A stretch of 64,000 nt of DNA from a candidate division FCPU426 bacterium (GCA_963771075.1 CAVYSE010000018.1:192001-256000), one strand, 5' to 3'. Shown: positions 1 through 10,711, numbered from the stretch's first letter. Numbers and translations are program-made. Notes: generated from the letters alone by a model not told the origin.

Positions 1-1599
1 ACGGTCTTTCTTTTCTTCACGGCCCTTTCCTTCGGTTTCTGGCCCCTTTATTTCGGAAGGTTTTGCTTGGAGGACAACCTCGTGCCCCCCTTCGAGGCCC
101 TCGTTTTTTTATGCCTGGCGGGTTTGTGGAAAGCCGAGGGGAAAACCGTGCGATTGGGATGGGCCATAGGGATGGGCTTAGCGGCGGGTGTGGGCGCCTA
201 CGGTTATTTGGGTTTTTTCTCCGTCATTGCCGCGGCGAGCCTGGCGATTCTGGCCTGGGCCTGGGGCAAGAGGGAAAGGATTTTGCCCCTTCTCGCTTTC
301 TTGATCATCTTGCTGGTTCTTTTAATCCCCATGGCTTTGGCGGCCGTCCGGGAACATGTGGGCGGATATATGCTAAGCGTCAGCGTTATTCACGGGAGTC
401 CCCACTGGCGGGATTGGTTTTTACACGCGGTTTCCTTTATCACGACCTTCTTTTGGGGGCCCTGGGGCCTCCCGGTGTCTTACGGACCGGTTTTGGGGGG
501 ATACCTGAACCCGGTGGAGGATGCCTTTTTTCTATTCGGTTTGATTGAGGTCAACCGCTGGAAAGATAAAACCGCAAAGTGGTTTATGGGGCTGGCTTTT
601 ATCCTCTTCCTCTTACCCGGCTTTTTGACGGCGGATGTAGTGGAAATGTACCGGGTCATTCCCTTAATGCCGGTTGTTTATCTTCTCTCCTGCCTGGGCT
701 TCGGGGGCCTGTGGCGGACTACGAGTCACCGAGCCGGCAAGATGCTTTTAATCCTTTTGGCGGGGCTATCCCTCGTGCTGAACCTTTATCACATGGCCTT
801 GGAAAGGTCGCCGGATGGGCCCCTGACACAGAAGTATTCCTTGCAGGAAAGGATCCATGAAGGCTATTGGGCCTACCGCCAATTCGAGGAGGCGTCCCGA
901 TCCCAGGGACCGGGCCTTGTTTTCTCCGACTTTTTGGCGCTGGACCAGGATCACTCCCTGCATGTGATGTGCTATTCCTTTAACGCCTTGTTGAACCCTT
1001 CGTTCGATCCATCACACGCCCGGTGGGCGGGTCTGTTGACCAACGTCCACTATGGAGCCTATCTTCAGGCGCGCTTCCCGGGTTCCCGCTGGGTTTACGT
1101 GACCCCGCCGGGTTCCGATCCCAACAGGTTCCTGGACGGCGGGGCCGTGGCGGGGATCATCCCGATCACGCCGGAGAACCGAAAGGTCTTTGACCAGTGG
1201 AGTCAAGCGCATGACTATTTCCAGGATTTAAGTGTTTTGGCCGAAAATTCCATGAACGACCAGGATAAATATTCCGCGCAGGTCGCGAAACTGCCCGCGG
1301 GCTACGCCTTGATGGAGGGAGACCCTTTCCTGGAGTCGGTCTATGGTGAATGGGTGGCCCAATACCATATTGGAATGAATTTGGACCCCAACGTGCTGGC
1401 CCTGGAGAGGGCTATCCAAAAGGGCTATCCAACAGCGAATCTCTATTTCAAACTGGGAAATTTCCTGGCGACGGAAAACAAAATTCCAGAAGCGGAAAGG
1501 GCCTATGCCCTGGCGGTGGATTGCCAGCCTAACCACACCCAGGCCGCCCTTTATTTAAAGGCTCTCCAAAGCCAGGACACCGCTCCGGCATCGAAATGA
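1..1599 (+). CDS. GT-C (PMT/ArnT-like) membrane glycosyltransferase-like protein with C-terminal TPR, 5' partial
   Basis: Frame of ORF 67..1599 is open from base 1; many TM helices, then a soluble domain with a TPR-like end (ANLYFKLGNFLA...AERAYALAV). Confidence 0.6.
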   Translation, partial: TVFLFFTALSFGFWPLYFGRFCLEDNLVPPFEALVFLCLAGLWKAEGKTVRLGWAIGMGLAAGVGAYGYLGFFSVIAAASLAILAWAWGKRERILPLLAFLIILLVLLIPMALAAVREHVGGYMLSVSVIHGSPHWRDWFLHAVSFITTFFWGPWGLPVSYGPVLGGYLNPVEDAFFLFGLIEVNRWKDKTAKWFMGLAFILFLLPGFLTADVVEMYRVIPLMPVVYLLSCLGFGGLWRTTSHRAGKMLLILLAGLSLVLNLYHMALERSPDGPLTQKYSLQERIHEGYWAYRQFEEASRSQGPGLVFSDFLALDQDHSLHVMCYSFNALLNPSFDPSHARWAGLLTNVHYGAYLQARFPGSRWVYVTPPGSDPNRFLDGGAVAGIIPITPENRKVFDQWSQAHDYFQDLSVLAENSMNDQDKYSAQVAKLPAGYALMEGDPFLESVYGEWVAQYHIGMNLDPNVLALERAIQKGYPTANLYFKLGNFLATENKIPEAERAYALAVDCQPNHTQAALYLKALQSQDTAPASK

Positions 1600-1688
1600 T
1601 GGGTTGGAGCCTTTCCAACGTGGATAGGGAAGGGTATATATTGGGCAGGCCGAAGCGGGTTGAGTCACGAAAGAAGGCATTGGAATCC

Positions 1689-3023
1689 ATGAAATTTATT
1701 TCTTTTTTCTTCCTGTTGGTGATTCCGTTTTTGGGGGAGGGCTGCGCCCCAGCCCCGGATGAATCGGGAAAGACCGTCCTGAAGGTCGTAACCTGGGATA
1801 ATCCGCGCATGATGCCTGTGATTGAAAACCTTGCGCGGGATTATGAGAAAGGCCATCCTTACATTTTGGTGCGCATCCGCCAGATCCCCTACCGGGAATA
1901 CCTAGACCGGTTGACGGCTCCCCAGCCTGTTTCCTTGTTGCCGGACGTTTTGTTGGTATCCACCAGCCAGGTCGCGGAACTTTACGCCCGGGGTATGCTG
2001 CAATCCATAAAGAACATTGAGCCTTACACGACGAAACCCCGCCCCGCAGGTTATGACCCTGATCTAGCGGCCTATTTTTCTTTCAAAAACCAACTGTTCG
2101 CCCTGCCCCGGGACCGGGCGCCGGTCTGCCTGATCTATTACAACAAGGGCTTGTTTGACAAGGCCCATTTGCCCTATCCCTCCGCCGATTGGAATTGGGA
2201 TCAATTTTTAAGGATCGCCAAGGCCCTCACCGAGACCCAAGACCTCAAGAATCAAAAACGCGTTTGGGGCTTCGTGGAGGATTGGCCCATGGTGGAACCC
2301 TGGGTCTATGGAGCGGGGAGCGGGTGGGTCGACCGCGAATTAAACCCCGCGAAATTCCGGGTCGGGGAAAAAGGATTTCTGGACGGCATCCGTTTCCGCG
2401 ACCGGCTCATTCGCCGGGAAAAGGTTTCGCCTTCGCCCCAGGATATTGTGGGCGAGGGGCAAATCGGGGGCGCGGACCTTTTTCTCAACAGCCAGGCCGC
2501 TATGATCTTGTCGGGCCCCTGGAAAGGGGTGGAGTTCAATGACCAGCCGCGGCTGAAATGGGGGGTGGCCGCGATCCCGGTTGGGCCATCGGGTTCAAGG
2601 GCCTTTCAAACCGGAGGCGCGGGGTGGGGATTATCCCCCTCCTCCAGCCATCCACGGGAAGCCTGGGACCTGCTTCGATTTCTTTCGGACGCCTCGGCCG
2701 AGGAAAAATACGCCCGGGTGGGCCTGGCCCTGCCAGCCTTGAGGGAAGTGGAAGCCGGAACGGGGTACGCCAATTCCGCGTTGGAAGAAGCCGCCCGAGC
2801 GCTATCCGCGGGTCGGGCCGTGGAAGACCCCAGGGCCTGCAATTGGCCGGATGTGAGGGAAAACCAAATTAATCCCATCCTGGAAAGGGTGTGGGACGGG
2901 GAACTGACCCCGGAAAAAGCGGCCAAAACTTTGAACCAGGGCCTCGCGGGAAATCCCCTCAACATGAAACCGCCGGAGCGAAAACCGCCCGCCCAAAACA
3001 AGCCCCAAATGTTTTTGTTTTAA
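1689..3023 (+). CDS. Sugar ABC transporter substrate-binding lipoprotein
   Basis: Signal peptide with lipobox-like GEGC; family 1 SBP motifs LIYYNKGLFDKA, DWNWDQF, AAMILSGPW; start placed at ATG 1689. Confidence 0.85.
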   Translation: MKFISFFFLLVIPFLGEGCAPAPDESGKTVLKVVTWDNPRMMPVIENLARDYEKGHPYILVRIRQIPYREYLDRLTAPQPVSLLPDVLLVSTSQVAELYARGMLQSIKNIEPYTTKPRPAGYDPDLAAYFSFKNQLFALPRDRAPVCLIYYNKGLFDKAHLPYPSADWNWDQFLRIAKALTETQDLKNQKRVWGFVEDWPMVEPWVYGAGSGWVDRELNPAKFRVGEKGFLDGIRFRDRLIRREKVSPSPQDIVGEGQIGGADLFLNSQAAMILSGPWKGVEFNDQPRLKWGVAAIPVGPSGSRAFQTGGAGWGLSPSSSHPREAWDLLRFLSDASAEEKYARVGLALPALREVEAGTGYANSALEEAARALSAGRAVEDPRACNWPDVRENQINPILERVWDGELTPEKAAKTLNQGLAGNPLNMKPPERKPPAQNKPQMFLF

Positions 3024-3062
3024 GGGAAACTCAAAGGATCCCGCAATGGCGCTTACGGATTT

Positions 3063-3419
3063 CTAATTGGAAGGCTGGGACCCTTCCTCTAAAAGCCCTG
3101 AGTTCTTGTCCATGAGGGCGTTGAGGTCGTTTTGCTGGTCCGGGGTCAATTCGTGGTTGGGGCTGTTTTTATAGTCGATGATTTCTTTTAGTTGGATGCT
3201 TTTCAGGTTACCCCTCAATTCCACGGCCTCCTCCTTGCTGATCTTCTCGTTTTTCACCCCGAGTTTGACAAGTTTCCACTGCTGGTTGAGCCTTTGCGTG
3301 ACTTGGTGAAGGCGGGGGCTGACCGGCGTGGGAGTCGCGGTGGGGGTGGCGGCCATGCCGGCGCGGAGGGCCGAGCAAAACATCAAAAAAACAAGGGTTG
3401 GGTGGAATGGGCTTTTCAT
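3063..3419 (-). CDS. Hypothetical secreted helical protein
   Basis: 118 aa; signal peptide, short TPTATPTP linker; directly downstream of the 3434..5866 gene. Confidence 0.7.
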   Translation of the reverse strand: MKSPFHPTLVFLMFCSALRAGMAATPTATPTPVSPRLHQVTQRLNQQWKLVKLGVKNEKISKEEAVELRGNLKSIQLKEIIDYKNSPNHELTPDQQNDLNALMDKNSGLLEEGSQPSN

Positions 3420-3433
3420 GGGTCGGTTTCGCG

Positions 3434-5866
3434 CTAATGGACCAGGAGCACTTTTTTAAGCTTCCGGTCGAAAGGTTCGACCAGATAGATCAAGTAGACC
3501 CCGTCGGCGCATTTACTTCCGCTGTAGTTCGTCCCATCCCAGGCGTTCGCGTAAGTGATGGGTTGGGTCGCGGTCTGCATCGGGACCAGGTCCTTGACGA
3601 ATTCTCCCGCTGTGTTGTAGATCGACAGGGAATAGGGACCCGGGTATTGGGAATAACCGATGAGGATGGAAACCCCACCCTGGGAGGGGTTGAAGAGGTT
3701 TTTATCCACGTAGAAGGAGTCGGCGAAGGGGATCGTCGCGGTAGGGGTCTCGGTGATCGTGGGAGTAAGCGTTTGGGTGGGACTCAGGGTGACCGTGGGG
3801 GTGAGCGTTTGGGTGGCGGAGGAAGTGGGCGTGGCAGTCGTGGTCGGCGTAAAGGTGGAAGTGGGCGTGTTGGTGGAGGTGGTGGTGGGAGTAATCGTTG
3901 AGGTGGCGGTGGCGGTCGCAGTGGTTGTCGGGGTAAAGGGGGGCGTTGGGGTGTTGGTCCCAGTCGGAGTCCCGGTTGAGGTGGGGGTGAAAGTCTGGGT
4001 CGGGGTCGGAGTGATCGTCGGAGAGGCGGTAACCGTGTAGGTATTGGTAATACAGCCTAAAATATTGGTTGAGACGGTATTGGAGGTGACCGGGGCGGGA
4101 CCGGAAGCGGAGGAAATAACCGCCGCGTTGTTGATGGTGTTTCCGCAGGCCCCCGCCGTGCCCCACCAGCTCACCGCCGAGGAATTGCCGCAAGTGGTGT
4201 TTATATTCCAGGAAATGGTTCCCGTTCCGGCGTTATAGGTTGGGACATTTCCACTCGTTGTATTTCCCGCTCCCCCGTAGGTGACATAGGAAGGGACGGC
4301 GTCGGTCAACAGGGGGTTGGTGGCGCCGACCGTGTTGAAGACCAACAGGTTGGCGAAGTTCACCGGGCCCGCGTTGGCCTGGAAACCGACATCCCCGGCG
4401 ACGGTTGGAACGTCGGCGCCGGTATAGACGATGTCCGGCTTGGCGAGTTGGGTTCCGCCTTGCGGCCAAACCCACATCAGGACCTCCCCCGCGCAGACCT
4501 GCACCCTCACCGTGTACCAGGTGTTTAAATTTATATCCCCGATTTGGGGAGGTTGAGCAAAGGCGACATTGGCGCCGCTGACGTCAAAAGCAAGGTCGTC
4601 GTTTGCAGGGTTGCCGTTTGGTCCGCTCTTGTAACTCGAAAGACGGGCCTGGTAGGACGTGGTCACCCCCGCTGCGACGTTGACGTTAAAATTGAAAACC
4701 GCCTCGAGGTTATTGCAATCCGACGACAGGGGCTCCAGGTCCACCTGGTAGACCCCATCCAGGATGGGGGTCATGCTGGTATCGGTGAGATAGGGGTATT
4801 GCCCCGAGAGTTGGGTACAGGATTGGGTTTGTTCCAGGTACCCGGGGTTGGTATCCCATTGCCCCCCCGTGGAAGTCCAGCCGCTGGGGATGCCGCTGGC
4901 GAAGTTATCGAAGCTGCTCAATTCCTGGCCGGTGTTGGTGTAGTTGATCACGTAGGTGATTCCTCCCCCCGTCGCCACGGTCGGGGGTCCGCTTTTGGAA
5001 ACTGTCAGGCCGGGCAGATCCACCGTGACCAAGGCGGGGTTGGAAGTAACGGCGGAGGATAAACCGGCGCAGGTAGCGTAGGCCGTATTGGAAAAGACCT
5101 GTCCTGAAGTCGCGGAGTTGCTGACCGTGGCCAGGAACTGGACCTGGCCTGACTGGGGTTGGGAGATGGTACCGAGGTTCCAGGTGATGGTTTGCCCCAA
5201 AGTCGTTCCGCCGTCATAAACCTGGGAGATCGCGAAGTTGGAGCTCACCACGTCGGTGATGGTCATGTTCGTGGCGGCACCCGCGTTGTAATTGATGGTG
5301 AAGAGGACCTCCCCCCCGGGGAAGGCCGTGGAGCCATCCGCGGTTTTGGTTATATTGATGTAGGGCGGGGGAAGGGGAACGAAAAAGGAAGCATCGTTTT
5401 GCGCGTCCACCGAAATACCAGGGTTCATGTAAACGGAGGAATTTTCCCTCATGGCGACAATCACGTAATAGGTGGTGCCTGTGGTCATGGAGGAAGGAAG
5501 CGTAAAGGTCGCGTTGGCATTGTAGGTTCCGGCGCCAGACGGCAATGAAGAGATGGGACAGGCGGATTTGCCGCTATCCCCTACCTCGGTGGAGGGTGCG
5601 CAATTGTCCCCGATGACGATCCATTGGTTAGTGGCTGGAGGGGATTGGAGGGTGGGCGAAGCGCTGATAATGACGGCATAGTAAAGGCTTCCCGGGGTGT
5701 CGCTGAGGGTATAGTTCCAAGAGACACTGGCGCTTTGCCCGGGATAGGGATTGGTGGGGGAAATAGTGACATTGGTGACGGAGGCGACCGGACCGGCTAG
5801 CGCGGACCCAAAACAAAGAAGCCAAAAGCCGAAAAAGAGATAAATCGATTTTTTAAATCGGGACAT
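3434..5866 (-). CDS. Secreted DUF11-like/Ig-like protein with Thr/Pro linker and FlgD/T9SS-like CTD
   Basis: Signal peptide; DUF11-like ITKTAD...FTINY segments; long TPT linker; CTD IYNTAGEFV...WDG...GVY...KKVLLVH. Confidence 0.8.
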   Translation of the reverse strand: MSRFKKSIYLFFGFWLLCFGSALAGPVASVTNVTISPTNPYPGQSASVSWNYTLSDTPGSLYYAVIISASPTLQSPPATNQWIVIGDNCAPSTEVGDSGKSACPISSLPSGAGTYNANATFTLPSSMTTGTTYYVIVAMRENSSVYMNPGISVDAQNDASFFVPLPPPYINITKTADGSTAFPGGEVLFTINYNAGAATNMTITDVVSSNFAISQVYDGGTTLGQTITWNLGTISQPQSGQVQFLATVSNSATSGQVFSNTAYATCAGLSSAVTSNPALVTVDLPGLTVSKSGPPTVATGGGITYVINYTNTGQELSSFDNFASGIPSGWTSTGGQWDTNPGYLEQTQSCTQLSGQYPYLTDTSMTPILDGVYQVDLEPLSSDCNNLEAVFNFNVNVAAGVTTSYQARLSSYKSGPNGNPANDDLAFDVSGANVAFAQPPQIGDINLNTWYTVRVQVCAGEVLMWVWPQGGTQLAKPDIVYTGADVPTVAGDVGFQANAGPVNFANLLVFNTVGATNPLLTDAVPSYVTYGGAGNTTSGNVPTYNAGTGTISWNINTTCGNSSAVSWWGTAGACGNTINNAAVISSASGPAPVTSNTVSTNILGCITNTYTVTASPTITPTPTQTFTPTSTGTPTGTNTPTPPFTPTTTATATATSTITPTTTSTNTPTSTFTPTTTATPTSSATQTLTPTVTLSPTQTLTPTITETPTATIPFADSFYVDKNLFNPSQGGVSILIGYSQYPGPYSLSIYNTAGEFVKDLVPMQTATQPITYANAWDGTNYSGSKCADGVYLIYLVEPFDRKLKKVLLVH

Positions 5867-6033
5867 TTATTTCTCGTTAAACCGACTTATTTTTCAAAGC
5901 TTTCAACCCTAGAATTATCCCACTTCTTCTATAGGCTGACAACAAAAAGCAAGAATCATGTTGCTTCAAATGATTTTTTCAACAGTTACCCCGCATTGAA
6001 ATCCCCGCCCACTCGGTGTGAAGATAGCGATCC

Positions 6034-6891
6034 ATGAAAAATCCATCGGCAATAAACTGTTTGGCATTGGTTTTAATTTTAAATTCTTTTCTATTACCCC
6101 GTTTTTCGGGGGCTCAAACCCCGCCCGATTCAGCCCAAACACCCCATTTATCCGTTCGGTTAATCAGCGAGAAAACCGCTTTCATCCCAGGCCAAGAGGC
6201 CAGGGTGGGTGTTTATTTCGAGATGGAAAAGGGTTGGCATCTTTACTGGAAAAACCCGGGCGATTCCGGAATGGCTCCTGCCATCCATTGGAACCTTCCC
6301 AAGGGCTTCCAATCGGGGGAAATGGTGTGGCCCCTGCCGGAGAAGATCCGCATTCCATCCCTCACGGACTACGGCTACCACGACCATTTGCTCTTGATGG
6401 TGCCGGTGGAGGTTCCGGAGGATTTGAAGGAAGGTTCCGCGGTGACCCTGACGGCGGAGGTGAACTGGCTGGTTTGCAAGGAATCCTGCCTGCCCGGCAA
6501 GGCGGTCTTGAACCTTCGGGTTCCCATCCAAAAGGCGGGTTCCCAGGCTCCCTCCCAGGATGCCAAATGGTTCAAGGAGGAACAAACTCATTTGCCTGAA
6601 TCCCTACCCGGGGATTGGAAGGCGCACGTCAATCCGGTGGAGAGGGGTTATGTCCTACATTTCACTACAGGCTCCTGGGAGATCAAAAAGGCGGATTTTT
6701 TCCCCCTGGACTTCAATATGTTGGACAACCAAGCGGACGTCGTTTTTTCGGCGTATCGAAATTCATTCGAAATGCGTCTAAAAGAATCAGACCAACTCCT
6801 GAGTCCGCCGGACCGCGTGAGGGGTTTGGTTGTCGTGTGGGACGCCAAGGGCCAGAAACATGGTTATTGGATCGATGTGCCGTTCAATTAA
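6034..6891 (+). CDS. Protein-disulfide reductase DsbD N-terminal domain protein
   Basis: GWHLYWKNPGDSG and WLVCKESCLP motifs; signal peptide. Confidence 0.85.
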   Translation: MKNPSAINCLALVLILNSFLLPRFSGAQTPPDSAQTPHLSVRLISEKTAFIPGQEARVGVYFEMEKGWHLYWKNPGDSGMAPAIHWNLPKGFQSGEMVWPLPEKIRIPSLTDYGYHDHLLLMVPVEVPEDLKEGSAVTLTAEVNWLVCKESCLPGKAVLNLRVPIQKAGSQAPSQDAKWFKEEQTHLPESLPGDWKAHVNPVERGYVLHFTTGSWEIKKADFFPLDFNMLDNQADVVFSAYRNSFEMRLKESDQLLSPPDRVRGLVVVWDAKGQKHGYWIDVPFN

Positions 6892-6904
6892 AAGGAGGAT
6901 GTTC

Positions 6905-7531
6905 ATGAAGAAAAAAGCCGGTTGGATGGGGGCCTTGTGGGGCGGGGTGCTTTTACTGGCCGTCCAGGCGCAAGCATTGACGGTGGGCCAAAAAGCGCCG
7001 GATTTCTCATGCCCGGACAGCAACGGAAAGTCCGTGGCGAGTTCGAGCTTGAAAGGGAAATTCGTTGTCCTGGAGTGGCACAACGCGAGTTGCCCCTTCG
7101 TGAAGAGCCAGTACCAGGGAAAAATGGAAAAAATCCAACAGGTTTGGACGAAAAAGGGAGTGGCCTGGTTCTCGGTCATCTCCTCCGCGCCGGGCAAGGA
7201 AGGCTCCATCACCCCTGAAATGGCCAATGAGGACGTGAAAAGCCACGGTTCCATGCCGACCGCCACCCTGATGGATCCTTCCGGCAAGGTGGGCCATCTA
7301 TTCGGGGCCAAGACCACGCCCCATATGTTTGTGATCAACCCCAAGGGCATTCTGATCTATGACGGGGCCATTGATAACGCGCCGCTGGAAGATGCCCTGT
7401 CGGACAAAAACAAGAACGGCGATGCCTATGTGAATTACGTGGATCAGGCCCTGACCCAGGCCATGGCGGGACAGGAAGTCACGGTCAAGACGACCGCCCC
7501 CTATGGCTGTCACGTTAAATACAAAGAATAA
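6905..7531 (+). CDS. Periplasmic redoxin (AhpC/TSA, thioredoxin-like)
   Basis: VGQKAPDF, VVLEWHNASCPFV, GAKTTPHMFVI, YDGAID, PYGC; AGGAGG RBS upstream. Confidence 0.88.
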   Translation: MKKKAGWMGALWGGVLLLAVQAQALTVGQKAPDFSCPDSNGKSVASSSLKGKFVVLEWHNASCPFVKSQYQGKMEKIQQVWTKKGVAWFSVISSAPGKEGSITPEMANEDVKSHGSMPTATLMDPSGKVGHLFGAKTTPHMFVINPKGILIYDGAIDNAPLEDALSDKNKNGDAYVNYVDQALTQAMAGQEVTVKTTAPYGCHVKYKE

Positions 7532-7731
7532 ATTTCCAATGATCCCATCGGATTGGGACGGGATTCCAAGCATGAGAATTTCTCATGACGGGCGTTCCGT
7601 TCCAAGTTCGGTGGTATTCTTTGCGAAGTGTTCGCCCCTTTTTAACTCCGGTGCTTTCGACTTATTATGTTTGAAGAAAAAGGGTTGGTGTCTTGCGAAC
7701 CCATTTATAAGTAAGTTCTGAAAAAATATTT

Positions 7732-8985
7732 TTGAAGGTTATGAAAATGGGAATCCGATCGGGATATGCAATGCCGTGGCCCCAATCCCTATTCGCGTTT
7801 CTCTTTGTTTTTTTAAGTTTGGCCCCCCTCTCCCTTTCCGCGCAAACGTCAGGCGACTACTGCCTTGCCAGCGACACGGTCAACAACATGATGTATGTGA
7901 ATCCCTGCTCCGCGACGACCGTTCAGTCGCCTCCCCCTTCGGACAGCGGAGGTTTGAATTGGCTGTCTCCCGGATACAACCTGTCCTCGGTGGGCGGATG
8001 GACCACCCCTGCCCTCATTTCTCCCCTGGGGCTTGGCTGGTATGCCCTCTGTCCACCCGATGGAGCCACGGGCATCAACTGGATTGGATATGACACGAAT
8101 GGCGATAATCCCTGTGGAACTTCCACCGACCTCGTGGCGAACGAGTATTTCATCAACACGTTCACGATCCCGGCAGGGTGCGCGGTGACCCAAGCGCAAC
8201 TAGTCTTGAACTGTGACAACTATGTGACCGTCTGGCTGAACGGGACGCAATTGGGAGCGGCGGGAATCCAGGGTTCCCTGTATAGCGGATGCACCGGCTT
8301 GACGGTGCCGGTGCCTTTGATCGGCTCGGCGCCCTTTCAAGCCGGCACAAACGTGCTGGCATTCAATTTGGTCAATGAACCGGGATTCGGGTACAACCCC
8401 CAAGGGCTGACCTACCAATTCTGCTACAGCCTTTCCTGCGGGACGCCGACCCCCTCACCCACGGTTACCCCCACACCGCCTTTGAGCTACACGCCGACCC
8501 CAAGCCCGACTTGGACCCTGACGTTTACTCCCAGCAACAGCCCGACGATTACCCCCACTTGGACCCCGACCCCGACCCTTACGCTCACCCCGACCCAAAC
8601 CCTTTCCCCCACCATCACTTTGACTCCCACGATTACCTTGACCCCCACCGTCACCCTCACCCCAACCGCCACCATTCCCTATGTCGACGTTTTCTACGTC
8701 AATCAGAACTTCTTTCGCCCCTCCCAGGGCCCAGTCTCGATTAACGTGCAATACTCCGTCTTTCCGGGACCCTATTCCCTGAAGGTTTACAATACGGCGG
8801 GTGAATTCATCCTAGATCTTTCTAAAGACGCGAAAGATCCCAACCCGATGAACTCCCCGATCCATGAATGGTATGCCTGGAATGGGACGAACTGGAATGG
8901 GGATAACTGCGCTAGCGGAGTTTATATTCTTTATCTCATCGAGCCGGAGAAGGTCAAATTGAAGAAAATCATCCTGGTCCGATAG
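7732..8985 (+). CDS. Secreted Cys-rich lectin-like protein with Thr/Pro linker and FlgD/T9SS-like CTD
   Basis: DNYVTVWLNG...GTNVLAF beta-sandwich motif; TPT linker; CTD very similar to that of 3434..5866; exact start uncertain (7741-7771). Confidence 0.75.
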   Translation: MKVMKMGIRSGYAMPWPQSLFAFLFVFLSLAPLSLSAQTSGDYCLASDTVNNMMYVNPCSATTVQSPPPSDSGGLNWLSPGYNLSSVGGWTTPALISPLGLGWYALCPPDGATGINWIGYDTNGDNPCGTSTDLVANEYFINTFTIPAGCAVTQAQLVLNCDNYVTVWLNGTQLGAAGIQGSLYSGCTGLTVPVPLIGSAPFQAGTNVLAFNLVNEPGFGYNPQGLTYQFCYSLSCGTPTPSPTVTPTPPLSYTPTPSPTWTLTFTPSNSPTITPTWTPTPTLTLTPTQTLSPTITLTPTITLTPTVTLTPTATIPYVDVFYVNQNFFRPSQGPVSINVQYSVFPGPYSLKVYNTAGEFILDLSKDAKDPNPMNSPIHEWYAWNGTNWNGDNCASGVYILYLIEPEKVKLKKIILVR

Positions 8986-9008
8986 ACAAGCAGATGGGGC
9001 TGGAAAAA

Positions 9009-9752
9009 CTAAAACTTCAAAAAGACTTTTAAATAATCCCAAAATTCCGAAGGCCCGGCAAATCGCAGGTCGATTTCCCCGTCCGGTATGCGGCGGCCCA
9101 CGGCGATCTTGATCCCTTTTTTCCCCAATACCCTCATCGCTAAAAGATCCGCTTGGTCGTCCCCGGCCAGGATGGGCAGGTAACCCGGATAGGCTTTCAA
9201 AATCCTGGCGACGGCGCCGGCCTTGCTGAACCCCTTGGGCAGGGCCTCGATCATTTTCTTGCCGGGGTGCAGTTCCCAACCGGTCTGGATGACGGATCGA
9301 TTGAACCTTTCGCGGTACACCTTCCAAATGCGCTTTTCCTGGCCTGCCGTCAATTTCATCCCACGGTAATGAAGGGTGGAGGAAAATGGTTTCTTCTCGA
9401 TGTGGATGCCGGGAAAGACCCGGGGCAGGTCCTGGACCGAACGCCATAAACGCAAGGCTTCCCGGCGGTAATGGCCTTCCTGTTTCCTTGTCGCGAAACG
9501 GATTCCCATGGGCATCCGGCTGGCCTCGAAGCCGTGGGTCCCCGCGATGGGAAGGGTTCGCAAACCCGATACGCGCCGAAGGGAAGCGGCGTAACGTCCG
9601 CTCACCAATATCACGGGAAATCGCCTGGCCAGGGACCGCAAAAGGGACCGGCGCCCAATCGTCAGGTTGGACTTTTCGGGATCGTGGGTGAAATCGGCCA
9701 GGGTCCCGTCGTAATCCAGCAAAAACAAAAGTTTGGGGTGGGCGATTCTCAA
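9009..9752 (-). CDS. otsB: Trehalose-6-phosphate phosphatase (HAD IIB)
   Basis: LDYDGTL, VSGR, AGTHG, IEKK..STLHYR, GKKMIE, GDDQAD motifs. Confidence 0.88.
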   Translation of the reverse strand: MRIAHPKLLFLLDYDGTLADFTHDPEKSNLTIGRRSLLRSLARRFPVILVSGRYAASLRRVSGLRTLPIAGTHGFEASRMPMGIRFATRKQEGHYRREALRLWRSVQDLPRVFPGIHIEKKPFSSTLHYRGMKLTAGQEKRIWKVYRERFNRSVIQTGWELHPGKKMIEALPKGFSKAGAVARILKAYPGYLPILAGDDQADLLAMRVLGKKGIKIAVGRRIPDGEIDLRFAGPSEFWDYLKVFLKF

Positions 9753-10711
9753 GGGATCAGGACGATCTTCCCATAGGCGCCCGGGGCCATTACGTCCAGA
9801 TGCGCCTGGGGCGCGGCGGAAAGGGGCAGTTCCTTGCCCACCACGGGTTTGAGGGAACCCTCGGTCAAGCCCCGGACCAGGTCCTCGTGGATTTCCCTCA
9901 GTTCCTCCTCGGTGGCATTGGCGAGGGTCATGCCTAATATGGACGCGTCCCGCGTCATGGTTTCCCGGGGGTTGATCTCCACCGGGCCCCGGCTTCCGAT
10001 GACCACCACCCGCCCGAATTTGGAGAGGTAGGCGAGGTCCTTGCCCAAATTGACGTTGGCCAACATTTCCAAAATGACCTGAACGCCTTTTCCGGCGGTC
10101 AGGCGGGAAAGTTTCTGAGATATTTCCGGATCATGGTGGTTCAGGACGTGGTGGGCGCCCGACGACTTGGCCAGCTCCAGGCCCCGTTCCGTGCCCGCGG
10201 TGCCGATGACCGTCAAGCCGGCGCGTCGGCCCAATTGGACCGCGGCGGTGCCCACCCCCCCGCTGGCCCCGTGGATCAGCAGGGTTTCACCGGGTTTAGC
10301 CCGGGCTTTCGCGAACAGGGACTGGTGGGCGGTGCCGTAGGGCACCCCCAGTGCCGCGCCCTGGGAAAAAGTTATTTTTTCAGGAAGGGGATGGACATTG
10401 GATTCCATGACCAATGCCCATTCGGCGTAGGAGCCGGTCAAGGCCCGGTTGAAGTAAACACGCTCGCCGGGCGTGAATTTCGAGGCGCCCTCCCCGGTGG
10501 ATTCCACAAGCCCCGCTCCGTCGGACCCTGGCGTATAGGGAAGGGAAGGTTTGGATGGATAGTTCCCGGTGTGGATGTAAGTGTCCACCGGGTTGACGCC
10601 GGCGGCCTTCACCCGGACCCATACCTGGCCCAGGCCGGGTTTCAAGTCGTCGGTGTCCTGGATCTTCATGACTTCGGGTCCGCCGAAATCCTGCACACGG
10701 ATGGCTTTCAT
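9749..10711 (-). CDS. NADPH:quinone reductase (zeta-crystallin/MDR family)
   Basis: AAGVNPVD, PGSDGAG, IHGASGGVG, GKIVLIP. Confidence 0.92.
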   Translation of the reverse strand: MKAIRVQDFGGPEVMKIQDTDDLKPGLGQVWVRVKAAGVNPVDTYIHTGNYPSKPSLPYTPGSDGAGLVESTGEGASKFTPGERVYFNRALTGSYAEWALVMESNVHPLPEKITFSQGAALGVPYGTAHQSLFAKARAKPGETLLIHGASGGVGTAAVQLGRRAGLTVIGTAGTERGLELAKSSGAHHVLNHHDPEISQKLSRLTAGKGVQVILEMLANVNLGKDLAYLSKFGRVVVIGSRGPVEINPRETMTRDASILGMTLANATEEELREIHEDLVRGLTEGSLKPVVGKELPLSAAPQAHLDVMAPGAYGKIVLIP

